Of a stretch of DNA of 64,000 nucleotides, positions 40,072 to 52,865 are shown piece after piece (within the stretch, counting starts at the first letter, position 1; every line of letters starts with the position of its first letter). A program made the translations under genes and the position numbers. The notes beneath the pieces are model-generated. The model saw only the letters and a list, made by a program, of their open reading frames with translations. It was not told the DNA's origin and searched no databases. Source of the DNA: Octopus vulgaris (taxonomy: Eukaryota); assembly GCA_951406725.2 (NCBI GenBank), contig OX597816.1:144274001-144338000 (forward strand). The letters are read 5' to 3'.

Positions 40072-40885
40072 CAAAATATCCGCCTTAGGACTGCAGAAAT
40101 ATCTAAGACAGATCCAAGGAAAACTGGTACAAATAGCCATAAAACATGAGCAACAATAAAATGATAAAAAAAAAGAAGCTCATAATATCTGATAACTGTG
40201 GTAAAAATAAAGAAACGAAAAGGAGCATCGAAACTGTAAAGCCACTGAATTATAAACTAAAACTAGAACAACAAAATACCATGCTGAAATGATGACAAGA
40301 AAACCCTTATATGGCAAATACTGAGATAAACTAAGCGGAAAGGAAATAAACAAAATAAAAATTTCAACATCGGTTGAAAAATTCGGGTTTCAAAGCAGAA
40401 AATGAAGGCTTTTAATTGCGGCACAAGATAAAAACCTCCTCACAGGAAACCGCCAACCACATACTGGGATATGCCAATGCACATAGACAGAGAGACCAGA
40501 TATTGTCAGGGACCACTGAGAAAAGAAAACGCTCTCTAAATGACATATCAGTCCCAACAGATGACGATTTATTTCTAAAAGAAATGGAGAAATATCTTCA
40601 GATACAAAGACCTAGATATAGAAATAACCCGAATGTGGGACCTGAAGACAGGGGTCCCTATATTAATAAATGCATTAAGCAAGGTAATAAAAAAAAACAT
40701 AGACAAATACATAACCAAAACACAAGGACTTACGAATATATAAAGCGTATAGACTATAGCACTGCTAGGCACTGCGCTCATCATACATAAAGTTCTTTGA
40801 ATACAGTAAAAATAACATCATTAAAACTAGCCAAAGTACATATCCAAGGCATACAAAGCTGTGCTCGGTAGTGCAGTGAAAGTAC

Positions 40886-40886
<1 letters not shown>
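40072..40886 (+). mobile_element. Decayed R4/Dong-type element 3' region between (TAA)n tracts
   Basis: Reads KPLYGKY, LKNSGFKAENEGF.IAAQD, LNDISVPTDD...KEMEK and ALLGTALII; UTR matches 23903-24043. Confidence 0.8.
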
Positions 40887-40951
<65 letters not shown>

Positions 40952-41467
40952 GCCAAGACTGATCCACTGGGAGCTCTGTGGAAATCACGGTCCTCAAAGA
41001 GCAAAGACATGGTGTGAGCAAACTCCAGTAGGAGTCACCAAAAACGAGAATTGCAAAATCCTATGGCATGTAATGATTCAGTGCGATCACCCGACCAGAC
41101 ATCGGAAACCGGACATTGTTGTGGTGAATAAAAAAAAAAAGAACATGCATGATAATCGACATAGCATGCCCAGGTGACTACAAGATCAATGTGTAAGGAG
41201 AAGAAAAAATAAACAGCTATGACGATTTGAAGAGGGAAATACGAAGGCTGTGGTCAATGAAGAGAGTAGACGTGATATCAATAGTAATTGGTGCACTTGG
41301 AAGTATCAGCACTCAACTACCAACATGGCTGAAAAAGATTGGTGCAAGAGTGAAGATAGAACACCTACAAAACTCAGCATTGCTTGGAACTGCAAGAATT
41401 CTTCTCAACGTTTTTTAAGCATGACCAGTAAACAAGTGTCATCCCAGTTTTCTGGCTGTGGACGGCT
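40952..41467 (+). mobile_element. R4/Dong-type restriction-like endonuclease domain and 3' UTR (second family)
   Basis: Reads NCKILW.VMIQCDHPTRHRKPDIVVVNK..CMIIDIACPGD...YDDLKREIRRLWSMKRVDVISIVIGALG...LQNSALLGTARIL (RxPD...D...K..Y endonuclease motif). Confidence 0.9.
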
Positions 41468-41479
41468 GACACTTTCCAT

Positions 41480-42050
41480 CATACCCATAATAATAACAAT
41501 AGATGCAGTACCAGGCAGTGGCTCTCATGGCTTCTGATCTTAACTGATTGGAAGTGTTATCATGTACATTGTTTTGTCTTGGTATAAAAGATGGGCTACA
41601 GCAAATGTTCTGCTCAATACCACAGATTTGCTTGTCAGTTGTTTGACCTTAACCAGTTGAGCATATTCCTTAGTGGCTGACGATATGTGCATCTCTGATC
41701 ACGAGCAGAAGTAGTGGGGGAGCATCATAGCCATGTGTTGAGAGGGATGCTTTGGGGTTTGAATAGTTCACCTCTGGAAACATGGGTGGTTCTTTCAACA
41801 TCCTTAAACAACCCTTATTCGGGGACCGTTTGAGCGGGATGGGCTACTCAACCTGAAGAAAATTCAAACTGGGCCCCACCTGCAAGGTCATGTGCTGTTT
41901 ATCTTGATATGAGATCACCATGTCGCGCACATATGGTTGTGATGCATGTGCCTGGTGTACCTTTATCAGACGGGTAGTCATGATGGGTATATTGGGCTTC
42001 GTATATTTTACCCCAGTGTCACTTTGATGGCATGAACTGCTCTCTCACTC
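41480..42050 (+). mobile_element. Third (TAA)n-flanked repeat, probably a long non-LTR 3' UTR
   Basis: GC-balanced non-coding block bounded by ataataataac and (TAA)n at 42051-42098. Confidence 0.5.
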
Positions 42051-42087
<37 letters not shown>

Positions 42088-42356
42088 GTAATAATAATTT
42101 TATTTATTTGCCACGAAGGGGAAGATTCAAGGGGACAATATTCGAAAATTTTAACAACGTACTAATAATCTTTTCCTTGTACAAATAATATTATCTTCGT
42201 TATTTTCTTTTGATGTGTATTTTTTCATTTACTGTAATATACAATTCAGTTTAATCCAAAAAATTTTGTGACATCCGGTTACGTAAATCATTACTATACC
42301 AGATATTGTTGAAATTAAGTTTAAATGCCTAATGGCCAAGGCTGAAAATAAAAGCA

Positions 42357-42411
<55 letters not shown>

Positions 42412-42871
42412 CACAAGTGCAAGGGAAGTAATTCATAGCTCTCGCCTGTTTATCTGTGTATAAGGGGAACAACTGCAACTTATCTGAGGCGTCAAACGTT
42501 CTTTATATATAAAATAAAGGCAAAAGCATGAAACGCACAGAAATATTTCTAGAAGGAAGTGCAGTTTATTCTAGGAAATAGTTAAAATGATGTTTAAAGA
42601 AGTTATAGTTTTAGATGAAAAAAAAAAAAAAAAATGTTAAAAACAAGGGAATGGACTTCATTAGGAATTAAAGGAAAATTAAAACAGTAGTGCAGCAGTT
42701 ACATGAGATACGTTTTATAAGAGTTTTAGTACTTTACATAAAAAAAAAAAAAAAATACTCGTACACTACGAATATCCTCACCCCACAAACAAAATGTAAC
42801 ATAAATTAAACAAAAGTGGGATCTCAAGACAAAGAAATTATAATGAAAATGCTGGATTTGAAATTAAACTA

Positions 42872-43027
42872 ATGGTTTCAAATTTTGGCACAAAGCCAGC
42901 AATTTTGGTGGGAGGGGTTAAGTCGATTACATCGACTTCAGTACTCGGCTGGTAGTTAATTCATCGATCTCGAAAAGATGAAAGGCAAAGTCGACCTCGG
43001 CAGAAATTGAACTCAGAACCTGAAGAC
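42872..43027 (-). mobile_element. SINE family A (tail type 2), partial
   Basis: Core and tail match other copies. Confidence 0.8.
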
Positions 43028-43290
43028 CAAACAACTAACAATAACACTAATAATCACGAACCTCGATAACAATGGCACTTAAAAAAAATTCAACTGAAAT
43101 AAACTACCTGAATATATTTATGTAGTTATTTTAATATCAATAAGTGAATAATAATATCAATAAGTGAATAATAATATAGCGTCGTCGGTGATAGGCTTAC
43201 AACAGGCCAATCACTGGTCTACAACAATTCTAATGGAGAGAGCGACAAAGGAGTATCGAGATCTAGATGTAGAATAAATATTGGTTTAAC

Positions 43291-43491
43291 ATATTGGTCC
43301 AAGGCCAGTGATTTTGAGGGAGCGAGTAAGTCGATTACATCAACTCCAGTGCTCAAGTGATACTTATTTTATCACCCCACTAAAAGATAAAAGGGCAAAG
43401 CCAATTTCGGCGAAATTTGAACACAGAATGTAAGGACGGACGAAATGGTGCTAAGCATTTTGTCCGGCGTGTTAACGGTTCTACCAGCTCA
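43291..43491 (-). mobile_element. SINE family A (tail type 2), diverged
   Basis: Head, core and tail recognisable. Confidence 0.75.
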
Positions 43492-43562
43492 CTGGTTTCG
43501 TGACGACTTTTTTTCATTCCCGTAGATTTTCCCATTTTCGCAGACATATATCCTCGAGAGAC

Positions 43563-43603
<41 letters not shown>

Positions 43604-43644
43604 TTTCTGTGTGTGTGTATGAGAGAGAGAGAGAGAGAGAGAGA

Positions 43645-43695
<51 letters not shown>

Positions 43696-44188
43696 GGAGC
43701 GAGAGAGAGAGAGAAAGACTGCGCACGCGTGTGCATGACCGCGAGCGTATGTGTATCAGTATTTATTCTCATGTAATATATATATCAAAACACATGCTCG
43801 TGTGTCATATAGCTAGCTAGGGGCGATGGCCTTTTGGAGCTAATCAACGGTAGCTTTAGTCTTATATTTATGGACTGCCATATTAGCTTGGCGATAACTG
43901 GTAATTTCCAGTACCGCTGCCGTAGTCTCCTTTAGAGGGACTTAGAAATTTTAATATTTCTATATATAAAAACAATTTCACATTAAATTGAAGGATCACT
44001 TAATACTTTTCAGTAGAGTTCATATTTACTAATTTTTAAAAGGGGAAAAGAATGATTGCACGTGTCTTCGTAATTTGTTTGGGATTTAGGAAGTTTCAGC
44101 TTTCCCCGCTTCGACGCAGTAAAAATGTGATATGGACAGAAAATATTCAAATATGTTTTGTATTAAAAGCTCAGTTTATCATACATAC

Positions 44189-44219
<31 letters not shown>

Positions 44220-44225
44220 CATACA

Positions 44226-44256
<31 letters not shown>

Positions 44257-44334
44257 TTTAAACAGCCAAAGGTGGAGGCTTTTAGCACAAATGTGTCTTG
44301 TAGAAGTATAAACAATTTATTGCAGATAAATTTT

Positions 44335-44430
44335 AGCAATGAATTCTTATGTGGGCCCCTAAGGGCAATATAGACACCCAAGGGCCATACGGATCCCCAA
44401 AAGCCAAAAGGACCCCGGTCAAGAACCACC
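44335..44430. mobile_element. Possible hAT-type MITE end
   Basis: GC-rich gggcccc/ggacccc motifs ending ggtcaagaaccaccg, similar to the reverse complement of a CAGTGGTTCTCAACC hAT terminus; the other terminus is not found. Confidence 0.3.
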
Positions 44431-44537
44431 GATCTATATGGCTGTATCAGACAGTCTCACACACACACGCACGCGCGCGCACACGCACACACACACAGAT
44501 ACACACACTCACACACACACACACACACGCACACACG

Positions 44538-44585
<48 letters not shown>

Positions 44586-44835
44586 CGTGTTGATTGTCGC
44601 TCATGCTTTTGGAAATGGCATGGATTTCACAACATTCCTATCTTCTCCTCTATAAATATGAGACGTTGACTCAATGTAAAGATATAAAGCTCGTCTTGCA
44701 CAATTTAATAGTAATAGTCTATTGGTTCCTTTCTATCGGTGGAAAATCTTCTGTATTTAGAGATGTATTAGCACAAGATTTTGTTAATACATCACAAGAC
44801 AAAACAGATTGAGCTTATCTGATAGGAGTATTTAC

Positions 44836-44916
44836 TTCACCGTCTGAATAGTGGCGAAATATAGCTTGCTTCTCTCGGTTTTGATAACCTTTGATCTTGT
44901 CTCTAATATCAGACAT
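44836..44916 (-). CDS. Candidate alternative first coding exon MSDIRDKIKGYQNREKQAIFRHYSDGE
   Basis: ATG at 44916 followed by 27 protein-like codons and a donor GAA|gtaaat in phase 0. Upstream are a CCAAT box (45188-45195) and TGA(C/G)TCA (45242-45248). Confidence 0.4.
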
Positions 44917-45089
44917 AGCAAATCAACACGTTCTTCATTGGTAAGTCACGTTGAGCGCTCGTACTAATCTTTCCAACGACTGCAGTAAAATTTAATCAAT
45001 CTGTCCATCTATCTTTTTGTGTGTATGTATGTTGTTTTTAAGTATGTTTAGCTGGTTGTTTCAGCCTCACCTCTCATTTTGTCTGATGT

Positions 45090-45148
<59 letters not shown>

Positions 45149-46051
45149 TTGTTTGTTAGCATATAGCCGGCAAAACTGAGCAGCTCGCTGATTGGAGGGT
45201 GAGAGGACAGAGGTAAATGCAAAGTGGGTTGAAACCGACTTTGAGTCAGAGTAAATAGAAGCGTTTGGTATTTGACATAGGAATAATTAAGAAGAGAGAA
45301 TTCGAGCTAGATAATAAACATTTTGTTGCGCTCAGATTAGTTGTGGGGGAGAATGGATTTCTCATAGTTGCAAATATCGCCTTTCAGAAAGAATGTAGCT
45401 AGGACAGGGAAAATGAGTTTAAGACAGAGACGGAAAGAAGAAATTTAGATGAGATTTCTGTGTTAGGATGCTGTGGGATATGTATGTATGCAGATATGTA
45501 TATATGTATATATGTATATATGCATATATGTACATATAAATACACACACACGCGAACGCCCACAATATGTACTTGTACGGTTCCTACCTGTATCTCATTC
45601 TATGTATCTATAGTTATTTGAGTCACTATCACATATACATAATGACTTTTTATGAAAACATTTCTAGTCTAATTATGTGTCTAGATGCACTTACAAGCAT
45701 ATATGTTAATATATGCATAACAAAATATGTTGCAGAGAGGTATATTTTAACTTGGCGCTAAACGAAATTGCATTTGTTAAGGGAGATAACTACAAACGTA
45801 TGAACTTTCTGTTTACTGCTGGTACGTTCCTCATGACGTCTTTCTTCAAGGAAGAGTTGCTTTCCCATTAAGTCCGAAGTGATAGAATGTAAATCTTTTC
45901 GCAAATCGTTAAGTATCCACAGGCCCAGTTCATATGATATACAAATGAGGATTAGCTTATCACAGGTACCTTTTCCCGAAAATTCACGGTCTTGATTATC
46001 ATTTAAGGTGTCCGTTACTGTCACGCACGCACGCACGCACGCGCACGCACG

Positions 46052-46144
<93 letters not shown>

Positions 46145-46583
46145 AGACAGACAGACGGAGAAAACGCTAGATTCAACCAAAACAGAGCGATCATTTAGCT
46201 ACTGAAGAACATATAGATCTCAAAGAAATTTGACAGTAATGTCAAGTTAGTTTTCCTATATGAGGTTGAAACATGAGAATATATTTTAGTGATTATAATG
46301 AAACTAATGTAGATGTTCATCACCATCTGTCTAAGAAGAATTCTACAGACCTGATACCGCATCATTTAATACCATCAGCAGTACTAACATTGACCACCAC
46401 CACAACAACGACGTCTAACCTTTTATGTTATCACACGATTTGCTTGAAATAGCAGCCCCCCAAGAGAAACAAAGAACGTAAATGGACAATGTAGTCCCCG
46501 CTATACAAACAAGACTGGACAGTGAAACATATTTGCACAACAGCAACAACAACAATAAAGTAATTAGCAAAAAAATTACGTAC

Positions 46584-47817
46584 CTTTTTCGGTGGCCTCC
46601 AATTAGGTGCCATCATTGGTGGTGGAGGTGGTGGAGGTGGTGGTGGTGGTGGAGGAGGTGGTGGTGGAGGTGGTGGTGGTGCTGCTACAGGAGGTGGTAC
46701 TTGTGTTGGGGGTGGAGGTGGGAGTGGTGAAAGAATTGGACTGGTAGGAGACGGAGACCTCGGTTCGTGTACTGTAGCGATAGCTTTCGGTTGATATTCA
46801 TAATACCCAGCTTCCGAAGGTTCGACATAGGAATTAGTGCGAACTGGTGACTGTAGTTCTCCACACTGAATAATGGTGGGAGAAGCATATCCTCGGCTAA
46901 ATCCATCTTCTGGATGAGCAGCAAACTTCGTGCGACTTATATCTGGGGAGTGAAGATCACTGTAGATTTTTGGACTTTGTGAAGAACCGTATTCCGGTGT
47001 TTTAGCTGAACTAGTAATACTGACAGGTTTCGCCCAATACAGATTTTCTTCGGGTCGTTCCCTAGGTTGACATATACCAGCTGAGACAGGTTTCTGGAGA
47101 ACTGGACTTTCGCTACCACCAAAATCTCTGCTAGGATCTCTGTAAGACGTTGGTGTAGTTGTAGCAAATGCTTGAGCATTGTAAACAGGACTAGTTACCG
47201 GTGATTGCTGGTGATTTGGATGACTGTCTGTAAAATAGGAAGCACTTTGCGCCGCCGAAGTTGGTGTGAAGGCACTCGACTGATACCCTATGTTAGGTTT
47301 CACTTCGGCGACACGATTGTTGTAAGTAGCATAATCGTTTGGTTGGGCATAGTGAGGCGACATAGGAGAAGCAGGTGATGGTTTGTACTGTGAAGCAACA
47401 GAGTAAGGTTCGTTACGAACATCATTGTTCATGTAGTCTGTCGTTCTTTGGTTAACTGAATTCATGTCGCTGTATTGAGGTCGGCTTTCAGTGTAAACAT
47501 TAGGGCTGTGATGGTAGGATTCAGTCGGTTCTGTGTAGTACTGACGCGGCGTTGGGGTTACTGGTGAAATGTATCCGTAGCTGTTGGGTTGAGTTGAAGG
47601 ATCACTAATTGAGCGAAAGCCAGAAGAATAATCGAAAGGAGATTGGTATTGGTTACTGACGTTATTGTTGTACATCGACTGTTGTTGTTGTGGTGCAATG
47701 GAAGGTGACATAGTTTGCTGAGTTTGACGCAGAGGTGGATTCTTATATACCGGATAAACTGGAGCCTGGTCGTAACTCGGAGGACTGCTGACCGATGAAA
47801 ACACCTCGGCACCTCCC
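46584..47817 (-). CDS. Large internal coding exon: Ser/Pro/Tyr/Gln-rich disordered region with a PPSY motif and a polyproline tract (same gene as the PDZ exon)
   Basis: Core of the 482-aa ORF 46431-47879, with non-repetitive, coding-like composition. Acceptor ttttactttctctttgcaag|G and donor AAG|gtacgt. Length 1234 nt = 1 + 411 codons. The phase-2 start completes AA+G (Lys) from the PDZ exon, giving ...LQLTIKKGGAEVFSSVSSPPSY...PPPPMMAPNWRPPKK. Confidence 0.9.
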
Positions 47818-48038
47818 CTTGCAAAGAGAAAGTAAAACAGAATATAGTCAAAGCATAGATATTTTTCAGTAGATAACAAATTTAAGGTTTGGTATGTCGT
47901 AAATCACAACGAATCGAACTTTAATTCTTTGAATTTCTTCGAACAAATACATTGAGTTATTATTAGAATATGACTTCACAACTCTTTAGCCGATAAGTCG
48001 ACATCTTTTCAACTCTATCATTGCAACTTATCAATGTA

Positions 48039-48250
48039 GTGGAGGCACATGGCCTAGTGGTTAGAGCAGCGGACTCGCGGTCGAGGGATCACGGGTTCGA
48101 ATCTCAAACCAGGCGATGTGTGTGTTTATGAGCGAAACACCTAAGCTCCACACAGCTCCGGCAGAAGGTAATGGCGACTTCTGCTGACTTTTTCGCCACA
48201 ACTTTCTCTCGCTCTTTCCTCCTGCATCTTGCAGCTCATCTGCGACGGCC
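48039..48250 (+). mobile_element. tRNA-derived SINE family D
   Basis: A box tggcctagtgg and B box ggttcgaatc followed by a non-tRNA body. Confidence 0.75.
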
Positions 48251-48880
48251 CTTATGAGCCAGGCGTGGCTCGAGTAGGAACAAACAAACAGAACCAACGT
48301 ATCTATGTGATAAGAAATATTTGTTGTAGTTGTTTAACACCAGATCGAACCTTAATTTCCTGAATTTCTGTACACAGGTACAGTGTGCCAATGTTGGAAT
48401 AGAAATCAACAACTCTGTAGCCGATAAGTCGGTAACTTTTCAACTCTATGATTACAACTCTTCCATGTGATGAGATAGATATGTGGAAGATCTATATCCT
48501 TTGCAGAGTTCCGAAACTGCTGCCGGAAAAAAGGAAGCCTACAACTCATACATTGCTATAAGAAACAGTGCATCAAAATATGGAGTTTATAACAAGACTG
48601 GAGACCTAGAATTATCTGTTCCATCTTACAGCACATCATATAATACATTTTCGAATATTTCTAGTTCGAATCATGCCATTACAAATCAATTCTTGTGACT
48701 ATCCTTAGGTACCTTGCCTAAACGCAAACCACACCTACCCAAAGACAAAAGAAATCAATAATTGCTGAATATATAGGCATACACAATAATATTTGAAGCA
48801 ATGCATTTATTTAACCAAAACAGAGGTTATTTAATGAGAGAGATCTTAAATCTGAATTATCTGAATGAATATGAAAACTG

Positions 48881-49111
48881 GTACTCTTTTACTCTTACTT
48901 GTTTCAGTCATTTGACTGCGGCCATGCTAGAGCACTGCCTTTAGTCGAGCAAATCGACCCCAGGACTCATTCTTTGTAAGCCTAGTACTTATTCTATCGA
49001 TCTCTTTTGCCGAAACGCTAAGTTACGGGGACGTAAACACACCAGCATCGGTTGTCAAGCGATGTTGTGGGGACAAACACAGACACACAAACATACGCAC
49101 ACACACATACA

Positions 49112-49205
<94 letters not shown>

Positions 49206-49367
49206 GACAGGCTTCTTTCAGTTTCCGTCTACCAAATCCACTGACAAGGCTTTGGTCGGCCCGAGGCTAGAGTAGAAGACACATGCCAAAGGTGCCACGC
49301 AGTGGGACTGAACCCGGAACCATGTGGTTGGTAAGCAAGCTACTTACGACGCAGCCACTCCTACGAC
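48881..49367 (-). mobile_element. SINE family B, full length
   Basis: Homologous to 17621-18031 with an expanded internal (CA)n(TA)n; flanks tatgaaaact and tatgaataact resemble a TSD. Confidence 0.9.
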
Positions 49368-49479
49368 TATGAATAACTAAATAAATTTAATGATGAACTT
49401 TTAAGATAGGGTTAACCTTTTGAAAAGGAAATGTCTGTTAGGATTCCATTCCTTATATTGTATTAAAAAATGTAGTGAA

Positions 49480-49790
49480 AATATGTGGCTTAGTGGTTAG
49501 GGGTATTCACCCCACGATCATAGTAAGTTCGTGAGTTCGATTCTTGGAAGCGCGTTGTGTTCTTGAGCAAGGCACTTTATTTCACGTTGCTCCAGTTCAC
49601 TCACCTGGCAAAAATGAGTTGTACCTGTATCTTTAAGGGCCAGCCATGTCACTTTCTGTTTCACTCTGGATCTTTTTGAGAACTACGTAAAGAGTACGCG
49701 TGTCTGTGGAGTGCTCAATAATTTCACGAGCAGGCTGTTCCGTTGATCAGATCAACTAGAACGCCCATCGTCGTAACCGACGGAGTGCCA
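49480..49790 (+). mobile_element. tRNA-derived SINE family C (other copies near 35675-35830, 60900-61130 and 17160-17390)
   Basis: A box tggcttagtgg, B box agttcgattc and the core ttgagcaaggcacttt. Confidence 0.75.
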
Positions 49791-49944
49791 GTTAAAATCT
49801 ATCTTTAAAATATTCGTAATGATGACTGTAAACTTAATTGTTGACTGATAAGGTGACTTTAGCACAAAACAAACATTTTGAGAATTTTCTTGCAGTCAGC
49901 TTACACACGATTCTCATTGTACATTGGCATATACAGTAATTATA

Positions 49945-50162
49945 TATTTCTTTACTACCCACAAAGGGCTAAACAAGGACAGACACACGGATTAAGTCGA
50001 TTACATCGACCCCAGTGCGTAACTGGTACTTATTTAATCGACCCCGAAAGGATGAAAGGGAAAGTCGACCTCGGCGGAATTTGAACTCAGAACGTAGCGG
50101 CAGACGAAATACCGCAAAGCATTTCGCCGGGCGTGCTAACGATTCTGCCAGCTCGCCGCCCT
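49945..50162 (-). mobile_element. SINE family A, full length, with a 22-bp TSD
   Basis: Flanks attggcatatacagtaattata (49923-49944) and attggcatatacggtaattata (50163-50184). Confidence 0.95.
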
Positions 50163-50582
50163 ATTGGCATATACGGTAATTATAGGAAACATAAGTATAA
50201 CCAGACATGACTAGCAGATAATGGTGGAGGCGTTTAATAAAATCAGAACTCTTCATCTGTTCCCTTTTCACGAATTACACACACACACACACACACGCGC
50301 GCGAAAGAATTATTTAAGATATTCATAGTCATTATTCGAAAAATCTACAGCAGCCTTATAGCATTGTGTATCATCGCTATATATAATACTGACAACTCCC
50401 TCAGAGCTGCCTATAGAACAATTTTGGTTGGGGCGACTGACCACGAGGTGGGCAATAACGGTCAGATATATACTGATGATTTTGATGATATCGATGGTAA
50501 TTTTGATTACCATGACGACAACGATGACAATGATGGTGATGAGGATGGTGATGGTGGTAATGATTACCGCAACAGTTTTAAA

Positions 50583-50814
50583 GGCGGCGAGGTGGCGGAA
50601 ACGTTAGCACGCAGGGCGAAATGCTTAGTAGTATTTCGTCTGCCGCTACGTTCTGAGTTCAAATTTCGCCGAGGTCGACTTTACCTTTCATCCTTTCGGG
50701 GGTCGATTAAATAAGTACCAGTTACGCACTGGGGTCGATATAATCGACTTAATCCGTTTGTCTGTCCTTGTTTGTCCTCTCTGTGTTTAGCCCCTTGTGG
50801 GTAGTAAAGAAATA
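50583..50814 (+). mobile_element. SINE family A (tail type 1), full length
   Basis: Runs ggcggcgag...agccccttgtgggtagtaaagaaata; flanked by the direct repeat agttttaa. Confidence 0.95.
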
Positions 50815-51298
50815 AGTTTTAATGACATCGGTGAAGATGTTGTTGTTGGGCCTGATCACAGGTATTCCAGCCATCCATTTTCCCCTTTCAAGATTAGCGT
50901 GTCCAGAACTCAATTATCTATTGTACATTTTTCTGACAGAAGAAATGGATTTGAAACAGGTAGATACGCCTACTATTTCGAGCGGCCACATTTAAGACGA
51001 TGATATCGACGATTCAGCAATGATAATGATGATAGTGATAGCAATTACATTGATTATCATCGCCATCATCATCATCATCAACATCACCAACATCATCACC
51101 ATCATCACCACCACCACCATCATCACCATCATCATCATCATCCCTATCACCACCACTTCCACCATCATCATCACCACCACCACCATTACCATCATCATCA
51201 TCATCATCGTCGTCATCATAATCATAATCATCATCACCATCATCATCATCAACACCAACGTCGTCGTCGTCGTCGTCATTATCAATGATAACACTTAC

Positions 51299-51445
51299 GC
51301 TCCTACTTTGAAAAAGTGGTAGAAGCGAGGTGCCGGCTGCCTCACCAGATGTTACTGACAGAAATAACTTCAGCCAAAGCTGTTTATCACATCTCACAGT
51401 TAAAGCTCGCAGCGCAGCGTTATCACTCGCTCGTCGGCCGTCCAT
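51299..51445 (-). other. Candidate alternative first exon (5' UTR or short coding)
   Basis: Unique, CpG-rich island between microsatellites. Consensus donor AGC|gtaagt at 51298, a TCAGT initiator-like motif at 51358-51354, several GATA motifs and an upstream (GA)n tract. An ATG at 51445 is open to the donor in phase 0 (49 codons). Confidence 0.4.
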
Positions 51446-51492
51446 CCGTTTTTATCATCTTACCTACCATTCACACCTTCCTGTTTGTACTC

Positions 51493-51535
<43 letters not shown>

Positions 51536-51608
51536 ACACCATCGTACCTGCGGTACAATTATTACTGCTGTTGATACTACAGTAACTGATGCCACTGCAT
51601 TTCAAATA

Positions 51609-51670
<62 letters not shown>

Positions 51671-51761
51671 CACCACCACCACCACCACCACCACCACTAC
51701 TACTACCACCACCACCACCACCACCACCACCACCACCACCACTACTACTACCACCACCACC

Positions 51762-51797
<36 letters not shown>

Positions 51798-51862
51798 TTC
51801 TTTTGCTTCTGTTTTGTTAGCGTTACTCCGTTCCTTCAAGCTATAACACACACAAACACACA

Positions 51863-51958
<96 letters not shown>

Positions 51959-52215
51959 ACACCACACTGATTCTCACACTAATTTTGTTCAGCTTATTAT
52001 CGTTCACTCTCACCTCCCTTTAACTCCCTAATTTCTCTGTCTAGAACATAAGCATTTTATAATGTGAAAAATGTTATTTCAAATAAAATATATATTTACA
52101 TCTATTTTATATACATACATACATATATACATATATACCGGCGCATATATATAGAATCAAAAAGGTGCACCGGGAGGTGCGACTCGTTGCCAAAAGGTTT
52201 GTTTATCTATCTGCC

Positions 52216-52333
<118 letters not shown>

Positions 52334-52643
52334 CCTACCTGTCTATTCTCTGTTGTGTGTGTGAGCGTGCGCGCACACACACATAGTCTCCCCTAACTTA
52401 AAATATGTATCTAATTTTAAAGTATCTTTCCCTACTTCATTCATTCTCTATTCTCAGGAAATGTGATCTAGGAAAACTCAAAACTTTTGCACCTATGCGT
52501 CATACGTATGCAACCAAAATACCACGGGTACGCATGCACTGATTCTGGGAATAGGGCATTCATTAGCCAACTAGCCCGTGGGCGTCTATGAGGTAGCTCG
52601 ACCTGGTGAAAATAGCAGCCGAATTTCTCTCAAGATATATTCT

Positions 52644-52865
52644 TATTTCTTTATTACCCACAAAGGGACTAAACATAGAGAGGACAAACAAGGACAGACA
52701 AAGAGATTACGTCGATTACATCGACCCCAGTGCGTAACTGGTACTTAATTTATCGACCCCGAAAGGATGAAAGGCAAAGTCGACCTCGGCGGAATTTGGA
52801 CTCAGAACGTATCGGCAGACTAAAAACCGCTTAGCATTTCACCCGGCATGCTAACGATTCTGCCA
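52644..52865 (-). mobile_element. SINE family A nested in a family E repeat
   Basis: Family E sequence (ctcgacctggtgaaaatagcagcc | accgtcttaaaaa...) is split by the SINE. Confidence 0.88.

Noticed and set aside
45758-46010. Open frame ...DLHSITSDLMGKQLFLEERRHEERTSSKQK as the next exon
   Set aside because: No polypyrimidine acceptor and no good donor.
46431-47879. Single-exon 482-aa gene as listed in the ORF track
   Set aside because: Both ends (MLSTEKYLCFDYILFYFLF and VRNFFANY...) are intronic read-through beyond clear splice sites.
48039-48115. tRNA gene
   Set aside because: A and B boxes are present but there is no acceptor stem or terminator, and it continues into a SINE body; the same applies to other SINE heads.
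51014-51298. Asp/Gly-rich acidic protein
   Set aside because: A (CAT/CAC)n microsatellite lying downstream of a consensus donor, so intronic.
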